From an uncultured Clostridia bacterium (lineage in GTDB: Bacteria > Bacillota > Clostridia > Christensenellales > Pumilibacteraceae), in contig CAOJOK010000007.1 in the NCBI GenBank assembly GCA_948440265.1, forward strand, positions 658 through 64,657: a stretch of 64,000 nt of DNA, read 5' to 3'. Both the position numbers and the translations under genes were made by a program. The notes beneath the pieces were generated by a model that saw nothing but the letters and a program-made list of their open reading frames with translations, searched no databases and was not told the origin of the DNA. This document shows, one piece after another, positions 17,198 to 24,330 of this stretch. Each line of letters begins with the position of its first letter. Position 1 is the stretch's first letter.

Positions 17198-17219
17198 TTG
17201 GTGCGGTCGACAGGACGCG
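17198..17219. repeat. Isolated copy of the tRNA-Leu 3' end (att-like scar)
   Basis: TTGGTGCGGTCGACAGGACGCG matches the 3' 19-20 nt of the tRNA at 20768-20850 and the starts of the 164-bp repeats. It is followed by a GGCACCC/GGGTGCC hairpin (17236-17254), as at the tRNA itself. Confidence 0.75.
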
Positions 17220-17347
17220 TGCCGTGCGCAAAAAAGGCACCCGCAAGGGGTGCCTTGGTGCACCGTTTAAAAACAAGGTCGAACTTTCGAGTTCTTCAAG
17301 CGATGCCGGTGCATTATAGACGATATATTTTGTGAATATCTCATCAC

Positions 17348-17376
17348 TTGCAAAAAATTTGGGTTTTTTGTATAAT
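17348..17376 (+). promoter_or_regulatory. Promoter of the AraC-family gene, apparently leaderless
   Basis: TTGCAA (17348-17353), a 17-nt spacer, then TATAAT (17371-17376). 7 nt separate the -10 from ATG 17384. Confidence 0.5.
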
Positions 17377-17383
17377 ATTAAAT

Positions 17384-18343
17384 ATGAACGAAACTTTTTT
17401 AACAATTCTTAACAAGCACGAGTCCGACGATAAAAGGCAAGCGGATACCGAAAAACTATTTTTGGCGGCAATAGAAAACGAGTTTGCGAATAGTAAAGAA
17501 ATTTTTGATGCAGTTAAGCAATCGAATTTGTCCGTTCGGGATTTTTTATCGGAGCGTTTAAAAGAATTTCCTATCGTACCTATTAGACAAAGCGATAAAT
17601 TTTATATAAAAAAGCATACCGAAAGCCAGATACCGTATTTCCATTCGCATACGTTTTATGAACTTGTTTATGTTCATCGCGGCAAATGCGTACAACATTT
17701 TAATGACGGTACCGAACTTTTATTAACCGCAGGTAAATGTTTATTGATTTTTCCGGGTTGCGTTCATAAAATAGAAAAGTGTAATAGCTACGACATTATA
17801 TTGAAATATGTAATACCGCTTAATATATTTGACTCAACCGGCGGTAACATCATAGATGATTGCGCACGTCAATCAAAAATATTATTTGAAAACGTTAATG
17901 AAACAGCAGAATTTGCAATTTTAAAATTACTGCAAGAGCAATCTTACAATAATAAATTTAAAAATTTGCTTATTCAAAGTTATCTTACTATAATTTTTGC
18001 GGAATTAACCGATACGAAAAAAACCGATATTGCCATTGAAACAAAACTCGACGAATACTTCGTCGAAAATATAAAAACTGCGTCGCTTGCTGACTTTGCC
18101 GCAAAACAAGGCTATAACTCTAATTACATCGGTAGGTTGATAAAAAACAAAACAGGTAAAAGCTTTTCGGAGCTATTTACTGTATATAGAATAGCCCGTG
18201 CGAAACAGCTTTTAATTGAAAGTAATTTTACAATAGAAGATATAGCTTATGAAATCGGGTATTCCAATGCTTCCGGTTTTTATAAGCAATTTTTTTCTGT
18301 TGTCGGAATAAAGCCTAATGAATATAGAAATTTATTAAAGTAA
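17384..18343 (+). CDS. AraC-family transcriptional regulator (cupin sensor + HTH)
   Basis: N-terminal cupin-like FHSHTFYELVYVHRGKCVQHF and C-terminal AraC HTH (IEDIAYEIGYSNASGFYKQFFSVVGIKPNEYR). Start reset to ATG 17384. Confidence 0.85.
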   Translation: MNETFLTILNKHESDDKRQADTEKLFLAAIENEFANSKEIFDAVKQSNLSVRDFLSERLKEFPIVPIRQSDKFYIKKHTESQIPYFHSHTFYELVYVHRGKCVQHFNDGTELLLTAGKCLLIFPGCVHKIEKCNSYDIILKYVIPLNIFDSTGGNIIDDCARQSKILFENVNETAEFAILKLLQEQSYNNKFKNLLIQSYLTIIFAELTDTKKTDIAIETKLDEYFVENIKTASLADFAAKQGYNSNYIGRLIKNKTGKSFSELFTVYRIARAKQLLIESNFTIEDIAYEIGYSNASGFYKQFFSVVGIKPNEYRNLLK

Positions 18344-18433
18344 ATGTCATTTATGGATACTATTCGGTCATTTACCGATATTGTAATTATGCTTTCGATT
18401 ATGTATAATAGAAAAAAATTTAAGGGGCATTAT

Positions 18434-19387
18434 ATGAAAGTAGAAAGAGTATTGGCAATTCCGCTCGATAAATACACGGCAAAAAAATATTCGGCGGATA
18501 TTGTAAGAGAGCAATTCAAGCAAAGACCCGAAAAGGTAAAGTATCTCGGTGGCGGTTCGTTCGGGCGGGTTTTCGGTGTTTGGCTTAAAGACGGAAGTAA
18601 GTTTGTAATCAAATTTTTGAGAGCAAAAGATATGCTCGCAAAAGAAGTAAACGACTTAAAATTGCTTGCGGATAACTGTTCGGTCAAAATACCGAAAGTA
18701 TTGCTTGTGAGAAATGCAGATAAAGCGATACCGGTCGACTGCTACGCAATGGAATATATTGACGGCAAAAATGCGCTTATAGCACTCGGTATGTTGATTA
18801 AAAGCAGACGCAAACGGCTTGAATTCGCGGATAAGGTAACAACTGCTTTACACAAAATTCATAAGCATAAAAACGATAAATTCGGCGATACGCTATCCCC
18901 CGATTACCCGACGTGGGTAGATTATTACAAACCGTTTGCAAAAGCCGTTTTGGAAAAAGCCGAAGAATTGTATAAAGCTAATTCGCTTGCCGAAAAAATT
19001 ATAGTTGCAATGCGCGCGGCTTGGAGTAAGTTCGATATAATCTTTTCGGAAGAAGTAAAGGATGCGTGTCTTATACACGGCGACTTGAATATAGCTAACA
19101 TAATGGTAAGCAAAAAGTATGAAGTCAGCGGCTTTATCGACCCGCTTAATTCTATGTATGCAGATAGAGAGTACGATTTGTTTCAGTTCGACAATTTGAC
19201 GGGAAAAAGATTTTATTTGCGAGAAACCTATATCAGCAAATACGGCGCAAGTAAATATTGCGACATAAAATGCGCTTTCTACGGTTTATGGAATGAGGTC
19301 TATTGCTATATCAAATCGGGCGTGTTTGTAAATATTATAATGAATCCGCTTGTAAAGAATATGCAAAAAAGGCTTTCAGAATTATGA
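18434..19387 (+). CDS. APH/fructosamine-kinase-family phosphotransferase
   Basis: Motifs LGGGSFGRVF, VIKFL, catalytic LIHGDLNIANIMV, and GFIDP...ADREYDL. Start reset to ATG 18434, with AAGGGG 8 nt upstream. Confidence 0.75.
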   Translation: MKVERVLAIPLDKYTAKKYSADIVREQFKQRPEKVKYLGGGSFGRVFGVWLKDGSKFVIKFLRAKDMLAKEVNDLKLLADNCSVKIPKVLLVRNADKAIPVDCYAMEYIDGKNALIALGMLIKSRRKRLEFADKVTTALHKIHKHKNDKFGDTLSPDYPTWVDYYKPFAKAVLEKAEELYKANSLAEKIIVAMRAAWSKFDIIFSEEVKDACLIHGDLNIANIMVSKKYEVSGFIDPLNSMYADREYDLFQFDNLTGKRFYLRETYISKYGASKYCDIKCAFYGLWNEVYCYIKSGVFVNIIMNPLVKNMQKRLSEL

Positions 19388-20331
19388 TTTCGTTAGGTGC
19401 GAAAATCACGGCTTTGTTGCTTCGCATATATACTTATCCGTATCGAAAAAATCATAGGTCGTTATCCCGTAGCGTCAAGTTTAAGCATAAGCCGTATAAT
19501 CCGCCAAAAAACTGTAATTATGAAATTTTAAATATCAACGATACTAAAGTTGAAATGCTAAAACCGTCCTGTTCAGACGATGCAATGTGTATTGTACAGT
19601 TTCACGGTGGCGGACATACGCAGGCAATGAACGGAATGTACAGAAAAGTTGCCGAGCACCTTTGTAAATTAACCGAATGTCCGATTTATTCCATAGATTA
19701 TAAGGTCAGTAGCGAGCTTGTTTTTCCTTCCGTGCATAACGAAGTTTATTCCGCGTACGTCGAACTTTACCGGAAACTGAAAGGGAAAGGAATAATTGCA
19801 ATAGGCGATAGTTTCGGCGCAAATTTGATGTTGTCGACTTGTTTGCAACTAAGGAATGATGGTATTCCGTTGCCCAAAGCATTGATTGCAATATCACCGT
19901 ATATAGATTTGGCGGCGATTGGGGATTCGTATAAAAAGAATTGCTATCGCGACCCGCTTTATTCTTTGCCCAAAAATCAAAGATTCGAAGATTACGAACA
20001 ATTTATACGGCGTAAAACACCTTATTGCGGATACGCATCGCCGTTTGACAGCAAACTATCGCCCGCATATGCGGAATACTATGATTTTCCCGATATGCTT
20101 ATACAGTGCGGAGAGCTTGAAACTTCCGCAAGCGATAGCGAAACATTATATCTTAAAGCAAAATCGGCGGGAATCAAAGTTGAGCTTTCGGAATATGGCG
20201 GTATGTGGCACGATTTTTTATATTTAACGCCCTTTTTGAAAGAAAGCAAAATTGCTTGGAAAGAAATACAACAATTTATTTTTAGTCTTAAAAATAAATT
20301 GCCTTTCGATAAAATTTTTAATAAAAGATAA
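19384..20331 (+). CDS. Alpha/beta-hydrolase, hormone-sensitive-lipase-type esterase
   Basis: Oxyanion-hole motif FHGGGH and nucleophile elbow GDSFGAN. ATGA overlap with the kinase stop at 19384-19387. Confidence 0.75.
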   Translation: MISLGAKITALLLRIYTYPYRKNHRSLSRSVKFKHKPYNPPKNCNYEILNINDTKVEMLKPSCSDDAMCIVQFHGGGHTQAMNGMYRKVAEHLCKLTECPIYSIDYKVSSELVFPSVHNEVYSAYVELYRKLKGKGIIAIGDSFGANLMLSTCLQLRNDGIPLPKALIAISPYIDLAAIGDSYKKNCYRDPLYSLPKNQRFEDYEQFIRRKTPYCGYASPFDSKLSPAYAEYYDFPDMLIQCGELETSASDSETLYLKAKSAGIKVELSEYGGMWHDFLYLTPFLKESKIAWKEIQQFIFSLKNKLPFDKIFNKR

Positions 20332-20438
20332 AGAGGTTTGCAGCAAGTTCTTTACACTTGCGGCGGCTCTCTGTTCTTCCATAAAACAAAATAGCCCGAA
20401 CGTCTTTTTTACGATAAAGAAGTTCAAGCTATTAAGAC

Positions 20439-20786
20439 TTGGTCGGTCGACAGGACGCGCTTTGCTTCGCAATTCGCCGACTTCGCGGCATTGCCGCTCG
20501 TCCGCTCGCTGAAAACAGCACACCGTGCTGTTTTCTTAACGCTCGCGCCTTCTTAATGTTCAAGTCCTGCGAACCGTAAAAAAGGCACCCTCAATGGGTG
20601 CCTTGGTGCGGTCGACAGGACGCGCTTTGCTTCGCAATTCGCCGACTTCGCGGCATTGCCGCTCGTCCGCTCGCTGAAAACAGCACACCGTGCTGTTTTC
20701 TTAACGCTCGCGCCTTCTTAATGTTCAAGTCCTTCAGACCGCAAAAAAGGCACCCTCAAGGGTGCCTTGGTGCGGTCGACAGGACT
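20439..20786. repeat. 164-bp tandem repeat (2 units plus partial), each unit starting with the tRNA-Leu 3' end and ending with its terminator hairpin
   Basis: Units at 20439-20602 and 20603-20766 are about 96 percent identical by eye. The third start is the genuine tRNA 3' end at 20767. Each unit also holds a perfect 11-bp hairpin, GAAAACAGCAC/GTGCTGTTTTC. Confidence 0.85.
20743..20766 (-). terminator. Terminator hairpin directly after tRNA-Leu
   Basis: GGCACCC (20749-20755) pairs with GGGTGCC (20760-20766), followed on the minus strand by TTTTTT (20748-20743). Confidence 0.75.
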
Positions 20787-20850
20787 TGAACCTGCATGGT
20801 CGCCCACAAGATCCTTAGTCTTGCGTGTCTGCCAATTCCACCACGACCGC
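20768..20850 (-). tRNA. tRNA-Leu, anticodon read as AAG (A34)
   Basis: Reverse complement is GCGGTCGTGGTGGAATTGGCAGACACGCAAGACTAAGGATCTTGTGGGCGACCATGCAGGTTCAAGTCCTGTCGACCGCACCA. It has a 7-bp acceptor stem, GG in the D-loop, anticodon arm CAAGA-CTAAGGA-TCTTG, a long variable arm, a TTCAAGT T-loop and an encoded CCA. Confidence 0.75.
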
Positions 20851-20872
20851 ATAGATAGTTATTTAATTGAAG

Positions 20873-20958
20873 TGGTGCCGAAGGTGGGACTTTGGTCTCA
20901 CACGGTATCGCCTGCCACTCGGGTTTCGAGCTTCGCATTTCTTTCGATTTGCGTAGGC
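20873..20958 (-). pseudogene. Decayed partial duplicate of tRNA-Leu(CAA)
   Basis: TTGAAGTGGTGCCGAAGGTGGGACT is identical to the 3' end plus 6 nt of flank of the tRNA at 20967-21052. After that it diverges: the T-loop TTCGAGT becomes ACCAAAGT, there is no D-arm, and there is no 5' acceptor strand. Confidence 0.6.
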
Positions 20959-20966
20959 TCTTGAAG

Positions 20967-21052
20967 TGGTGCCGAAGGTGGGACTCGAACCCACACGGTA
21001 TCGCTACCACCGGATTTTGAGTCCGGCGCGTCTGCCATTCCACCACTTCGGC
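20967..21052 (-). tRNA. tRNA-Leu (anticodon CAA)
   Basis: Reverse complement is GCCGAAGTGGTGGAATGGCAGACGCGCCGGACTCAAAATCCGGTGGTAGCGATACCGTGTGGGTTCGAGTCCCACCTTCGGCACCA. The anticodon arm is CCGGA-CTCAAAA-TCCGG. Confidence 0.9.
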
Positions 21053-21171
21053 AAATGTTCGCTCTGTTTCGGGCAACCGAAAAAAGCGGTCACGCACATT
21101 ATAATATCACATTATAATTATTTTGACAAGCGATTTGCTCGATGTTTTAAAAAATCGTAAGAAAATTTTTA

Positions 21172-21201
21172 TTGACAAACTCCCCTGCCGTTTGATATAA
21201 T
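21172..21201 (+). promoter_or_regulatory. Consensus sigma-70 promoter for the 21255 gene
   Basis: TTGACA (21172-21177), an 18-nt spacer, then TATAAT (21196-21201). Confidence 0.5.
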
Positions 21202-21254
21202 ATTTTCAGCGTATAAGATATGCTGAAACAGAATAATGAGGCGGTGCAAAAATT

Positions 21255-21935
21255 ATGAATTACAAAAAACCCAATTACAAACCCGTTTGCATTACGGGTG
21301 CGGTGCTTCTCGCAATCGGCGTAGGATTTCTCATAGCCAGATTCGTTACAAACGAGCCCTGGACGTTGCTTGTAACCGTTATATGCGGATTTGCAGGCTT
21401 TATAACTCTCCTGCTCGGCTTAATCAATCTCTCGCAAGCCAAAAAAGCTTCCGCGAACGTCGAAAACCCGTCTTCTATCGCCCACCGTACTTACGGCGGC
21501 AGTGAGAGCTATAAGCACTTTTCCGTCATTCTCGACCGAAAAGGTCAAGCCGCAAGAAATGCCGCGGTCAACGCTCTCGGCGTGGTCGGTATGATTTTCG
21601 GCGGCGGCGGAGTGTTTGTCAGCGGAACCAATTATCACGACGCATTCGTCAACGACAAAGAGCTTGTTTTAAACAGCACTTCCAACAACAAGGTTTTGAA
21701 CGATTCCAAATTCAGCGTCATTCCGGCAAACTGCGTATCCGACGTCAAATTCCAATCGGAAAAGAAGTTCGAACGCGTCATTGTGTCCTATGACGACAGT
21801 GCGCTCTCCTTCGACGTGCGTGTGGCAAATGAAAACGACAGGCAAATCGTACGCGATTCGTTCTCCCTTCTTCTTCCGAAGAAAGCAGAAGGCGAAGTTT
21901 TCGAGGGCTATTCCGAAACCGCGCAAGCCGAATAA
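21255..21935 (+). CDS. Hypothetical membrane protein
   Basis: 226 aa, ATG start. Two N-terminal TM helices and a Gly-rich hydrophobic segment. No recognisable catalytic motif. Confidence 0.6.
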   Translation: MNYKKPNYKPVCITGAVLLAIGVGFLIARFVTNEPWTLLVTVICGFAGFITLLLGLINLSQAKKASANVENPSSIAHRTYGGSESYKHFSVILDRKGQAARNAAVNALGVVGMIFGGGGVFVSGTNYHDAFVNDKELVLNSTSNNKVLNDSKFSVIPANCVSDVKFQSEKKFERVIVSYDDSALSFDVRVANENDRQIVRDSFSLLLPKKAEGEVFEGYSETAQAE

Positions 21936-21953
21936 AAATTTACGAAATCTATC

Positions 21954-21996
21954 AAAAACAGCCGAAACGATTTCACCGTTTCGGCTGTTTTGTTTT
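21954..21996. terminator. Bidirectional rho-independent terminator between convergent genes
   Basis: Perfect 11-bp stem CAGCCGAAACG (21959-21969) pairs with CGTTTCGGCTG (21977-21987). It is flanked by AAAAA upstream and TTTTGTTTT downstream. Confidence 0.85.
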
Positions 21997-22010
21997 ATTA
22001 TATCCGAATG

Positions 22011-22619
22011 TCATTCGGCGTTGCGAACGAACTCCGCGAGCGCCTGTACCGTGCCATCCACGCCGAGTCTTGCCGAATTGATACAAATATCGTAGTTTGC
22101 CGCTTCGCCCCAATTTCTCGAAGTGTAGAAGTTGTAATAATTGGCTCTGCGTTTGTCCGTCTTTTTAATCAGCGTGGTCGCCGCCTTTTCGCTTAAATCA
22201 TACAGCTCGCAGATACGCTTTACGCGCACGGACAAATCGGCGTATATGAACACGCGCAGGATATCTTCGTCGCGCAATATATCGTCCGCGCACCGCCCCA
22301 CTATCAGGCAGGGCTGTTTTGCCATTTCCTTGACCGTTTCCGCCGTGTAAATGAAAAGTTTGTCGTCGGTTATTATGTCGTCGAGACGAACGGGGGTCGC
22401 CGTTCCGCCGTAATGCGCGGAGACCAGCGAAAACAAAAAGCTGTTCGTTCGGCGTTCGTCCGCCTTTTCGAAGTGCTCCTTGGCTATACCGCTCTTTTCC
22501 GCCGCCTGCTCTATGACGTGCTTGTCGTAAAAGGGTATTTTCAACTCGTCGGCGAGTTTTCTGCCTATTTCCGCTCCGCCGCTTCCGAACTGTCTTGACA
22601 GCGTTATCACTCTGTTCAT
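22011..22619 (-). CDS. Cytidylate-kinase-like family P-loop protein
   Basis: 202 aa. N-terminus VITLSRQFGSGGAEIGRKLADELKIPFYDK is typical of the Cytidylate_kin2-type family. Confidence 0.75.
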   Translation of the reverse strand: MNRVITLSRQFGSGGAEIGRKLADELKIPFYDKHVIEQAAEKSGIAKEHFEKADERRTNSFLFSLVSAHYGGTATPVRLDDIITDDKLFIYTAETVKEMAKQPCLIVGRCADDILRDEDILRVFIYADLSVRVKRICELYDLSEKAATTLIKKTDKRRANYYNFYTSRNWGEAANYDICINSARLGVDGTVQALAEFVRNAE

Positions 22620-22662
22620 CTTCCTTATACCTCCTTAACCGAAATCTTACACAACAATTATA

Positions 22663-23277
22663 TCACTCTTTCAGAGAAAAATCCAGCATTTTTTTGATTT
22701 CTTTTTCGGTGATTATTCCGCTCTCGCGCATTGTCGCAGACGCGGTAAGCTCTATGAGCTTTGCTTCGAAACGCATATCGCAAGCAGGGTTGTACGCGCA
22801 GTTTTCCGTGCCTATGCCGAGCGTCAGTCCGCGCCGCAGATACGTCGCCGTTTCGGGTATGCCGTTGCCCGTTCCCATATCGTAAGAGGGTGTTATTATC
22901 AGCGGACAGCCGCACTGCGCCATTATGTCTACGTCGTCCCTATCCAGCCACACGCCGCCTACCAGGGCGTCTACGCGCTCCAACAGCCCGAGCTTATGCA
23001 AATACATCACGGGGCTTAACCCGTATTTCTTATCGAAAGCGCCGACTTCTTCCAGCGTTCTCGACACGCTTATCATCACTCTGCTTTTGCCCTCGAACAC
23101 GCGGTCGGCTATGCTTTCCGTCACCGTTTCGTCCGCGCTCATATCGGCAAGATAGAGCCTTTGAAAGTCGATATTCAAGTCGTCTTTATCGACGATTTTA
23201 TATGCTCCGTCGGCGTCGGTTTTGCCTGCAAGAATGTACTTTCCCTTTGACGGGCGGACGTAAGTCAGTGCGTTCAC
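22663..23277 (-). CDS. Short amidohydrolase-superfamily-like protein (C-terminal half only, degenerate motifs)
   Basis: 204 aa. GTG start overlaps the galU stop (GTGA). Resembles the C-terminal half of MtaD/cytosine-deaminase-type amidohydrolases (LGIGTEN in place of LGTDG). No HxH region is present. Confidence 0.55.
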   Translation of the reverse strand: MNALTYVRPSKGKYILAGKTDADGAYKIVDKDDLNIDFQRLYLADMSADETVTESIADRVFEGKSRVMISVSRTLEEVGAFDKKYGLSPVMYLHKLGLLERVDALVGGVWLDRDDVDIMAQCGCPLIITPSYDMGTGNGIPETATYLRRGLTLGIGTENCAYNPACDMRFEAKLIELTASATMRESGIITEKEIKKMLDFSLKE

Positions 23278-24149
23278 AGCGTCTTTGCCAATCCTTTGAT
23301 ATACTCTCTCATTTCGTCCTTGAAAGCGCCTTTGAGCGCGAACTCGACGGTTGCCTGCACTGCGCCGAATTTATCGCCCATATCATAGCGTTTGCCTTCG
23401 AAGTCATAGACGTGCATTTTGCCGCCGTCGCACATCATATTCAGCGTGTCGGTGAGTTGCAGTTCGCCGCCCTTGCCGACGGGGGTTTTCTCTATATAGT
23501 CGTACACGTCCGCCGTCAGCACATACCGACCCAACGCGGCAAGGCGCGAGGGCAGTTTGTCTATCGGCGGCTTTTCCACGATGCCGCGGCACTTATACAG
23601 TCTGCCGTCGTACTTCTTTTCCTTGTCGATATCTGCGACTCCGTAACGCACTATGTCGTCTCCCGCCCAGCTCTGCACGCCGATTATGCTCGTCGCGCAG
23701 TTTGCGTATGCGCCGATAAGCTGTCCCATAACCGGCTTCTGCGCGCAAATCAGGTCGTCGCCCCAGGCAAGGCAGAAAGGTTCTTTGCCCGTGAAAGATT
23801 TTGCCTTTGCGACGGCGTCCGCGCTTCCGAGCGGTTTTTCCTGCAAGCCGAACACTATGTTTGCCGACGAGTACGTCTTTCTGACAATCTCGGCGAACTC
23901 CGTCTTGCCTGCCTTTACGAGCGCGTCTTCCAGCTGCGGATTGGGTGCGAAATACTCCTTTATCGCCGCTTTACCGTTCGGAAGTACAATCATTATATCC
24001 GTTATTCCGCTCTCTACCGCTTCGTTTACGATATGCGCAAGCACGGGGGTGTCTATTACGGGAAGTATTTCTTTGGGCACGGCTTTGGTTATCGGCAAAA
24101 ACCGCGTTCCCATTCCGCCGCAGGGAATTACCGCTTTGGTTATCTTCAT
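23274..24149 (-). CDS. galU: UTP--glucose-1-phosphate uridylyltransferase
   Basis: 291 aa. N-terminus KAVIPCGGMGTRFLPITKAVPKEILPV and motif VEKP. Confidence 0.9.
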   Translation of the reverse strand: MKITKAVIPCGGMGTRFLPITKAVPKEILPVIDTPVLAHIVNEAVESGITDIMIVLPNGKAAIKEYFAPNPQLEDALVKAGKTEFAEIVRKTYSSANIVFGLQEKPLGSADAVAKAKSFTGKEPFCLAWGDDLICAQKPVMGQLIGAYANCATSIIGVQSWAGDDIVRYGVADIDKEKKYDGRLYKCRGIVEKPPIDKLPSRLAALGRYVLTADVYDYIEKTPVGKGGELQLTDTLNMMCDGGKMHVYDFEGKRYDMGDKFGAVQATVEFALKGAFKDEMREYIKGLAKTL

Positions 24150-24330
24150 TTCCTTTACTCCTTTTTGAAATCGTACTGCATTATATTGTAAATTATATCA
24201 TACCGTTACCGAAAATTCAACCGTTTTACGACATTTATAATTGTTTTATCGCTTTATCACAGAAAATCGGTTGATTTTTTTTCGGCTTTATGTTATAAAT
24301 ATAAGCAATAAATATATCAAGAGGCATTTT

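Noticed and set aside
17166-17405. 79-aa minus-strand ORF, and a tRNA-like segment at 17257-17313 (acceptor-like GCACCG/CGGTGC plus ACCA and a TTCGA) considered as a functional gene or tRNA.
   Set aside because: The ORF spans tRNA-fragment scars, a terminator hairpin and the araC promoter. The 57-nt tRNA-like piece lacks D and anticodon arms, so it is a remnant rather than a functional tRNA.
18344-18433. N-terminal extensions implied by the ORF track, for example kinase from 18344, acyl-CoA synthetase from 24241, esterase from 19303, CPBP to 16153, TetR to 13010, Slt to 7279, oppC to 37045 and dGTPase to 32682.
   Set aside because: The track opens ORFs at the first table-11 start of any kind (TTG, GTG, ATT). 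The downstream ATG or GTG starts that I chose have proper RBS spacing. They remove overlaps with neighbouring genes or promoter hexamers, and they match the usual family N-termini.
20439-20786. Tandem repeat considered as a possible CRISPR array.
   Set aside because: The 164-bp period is far too long. The units are contiguous with no unique spacers. The unit is built from tRNA 3'-end and terminator sequence. No cas genes are present in the window.
20224-21097. ORFs 20224-20523, 20252-20512, 20598-20789, 20756-21097, 20767-20964 and 20966-21160.
   Set aside because: They run through the 164-bp tandem repeats and the two tRNA-Leu genes, so they are non-coding.
13000-21100. Search for an integrase, transposase, phage or toxin-antitoxin genes that would explain the island and the att-like repeats.
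   Set aside because: No ORF in this span shows tyrosine or serine recombinase, DDE transposase or phage structural motifs that I can recognise. I therefore describe the island as a decayed or cargo-only remnant, not as an active mobile element.
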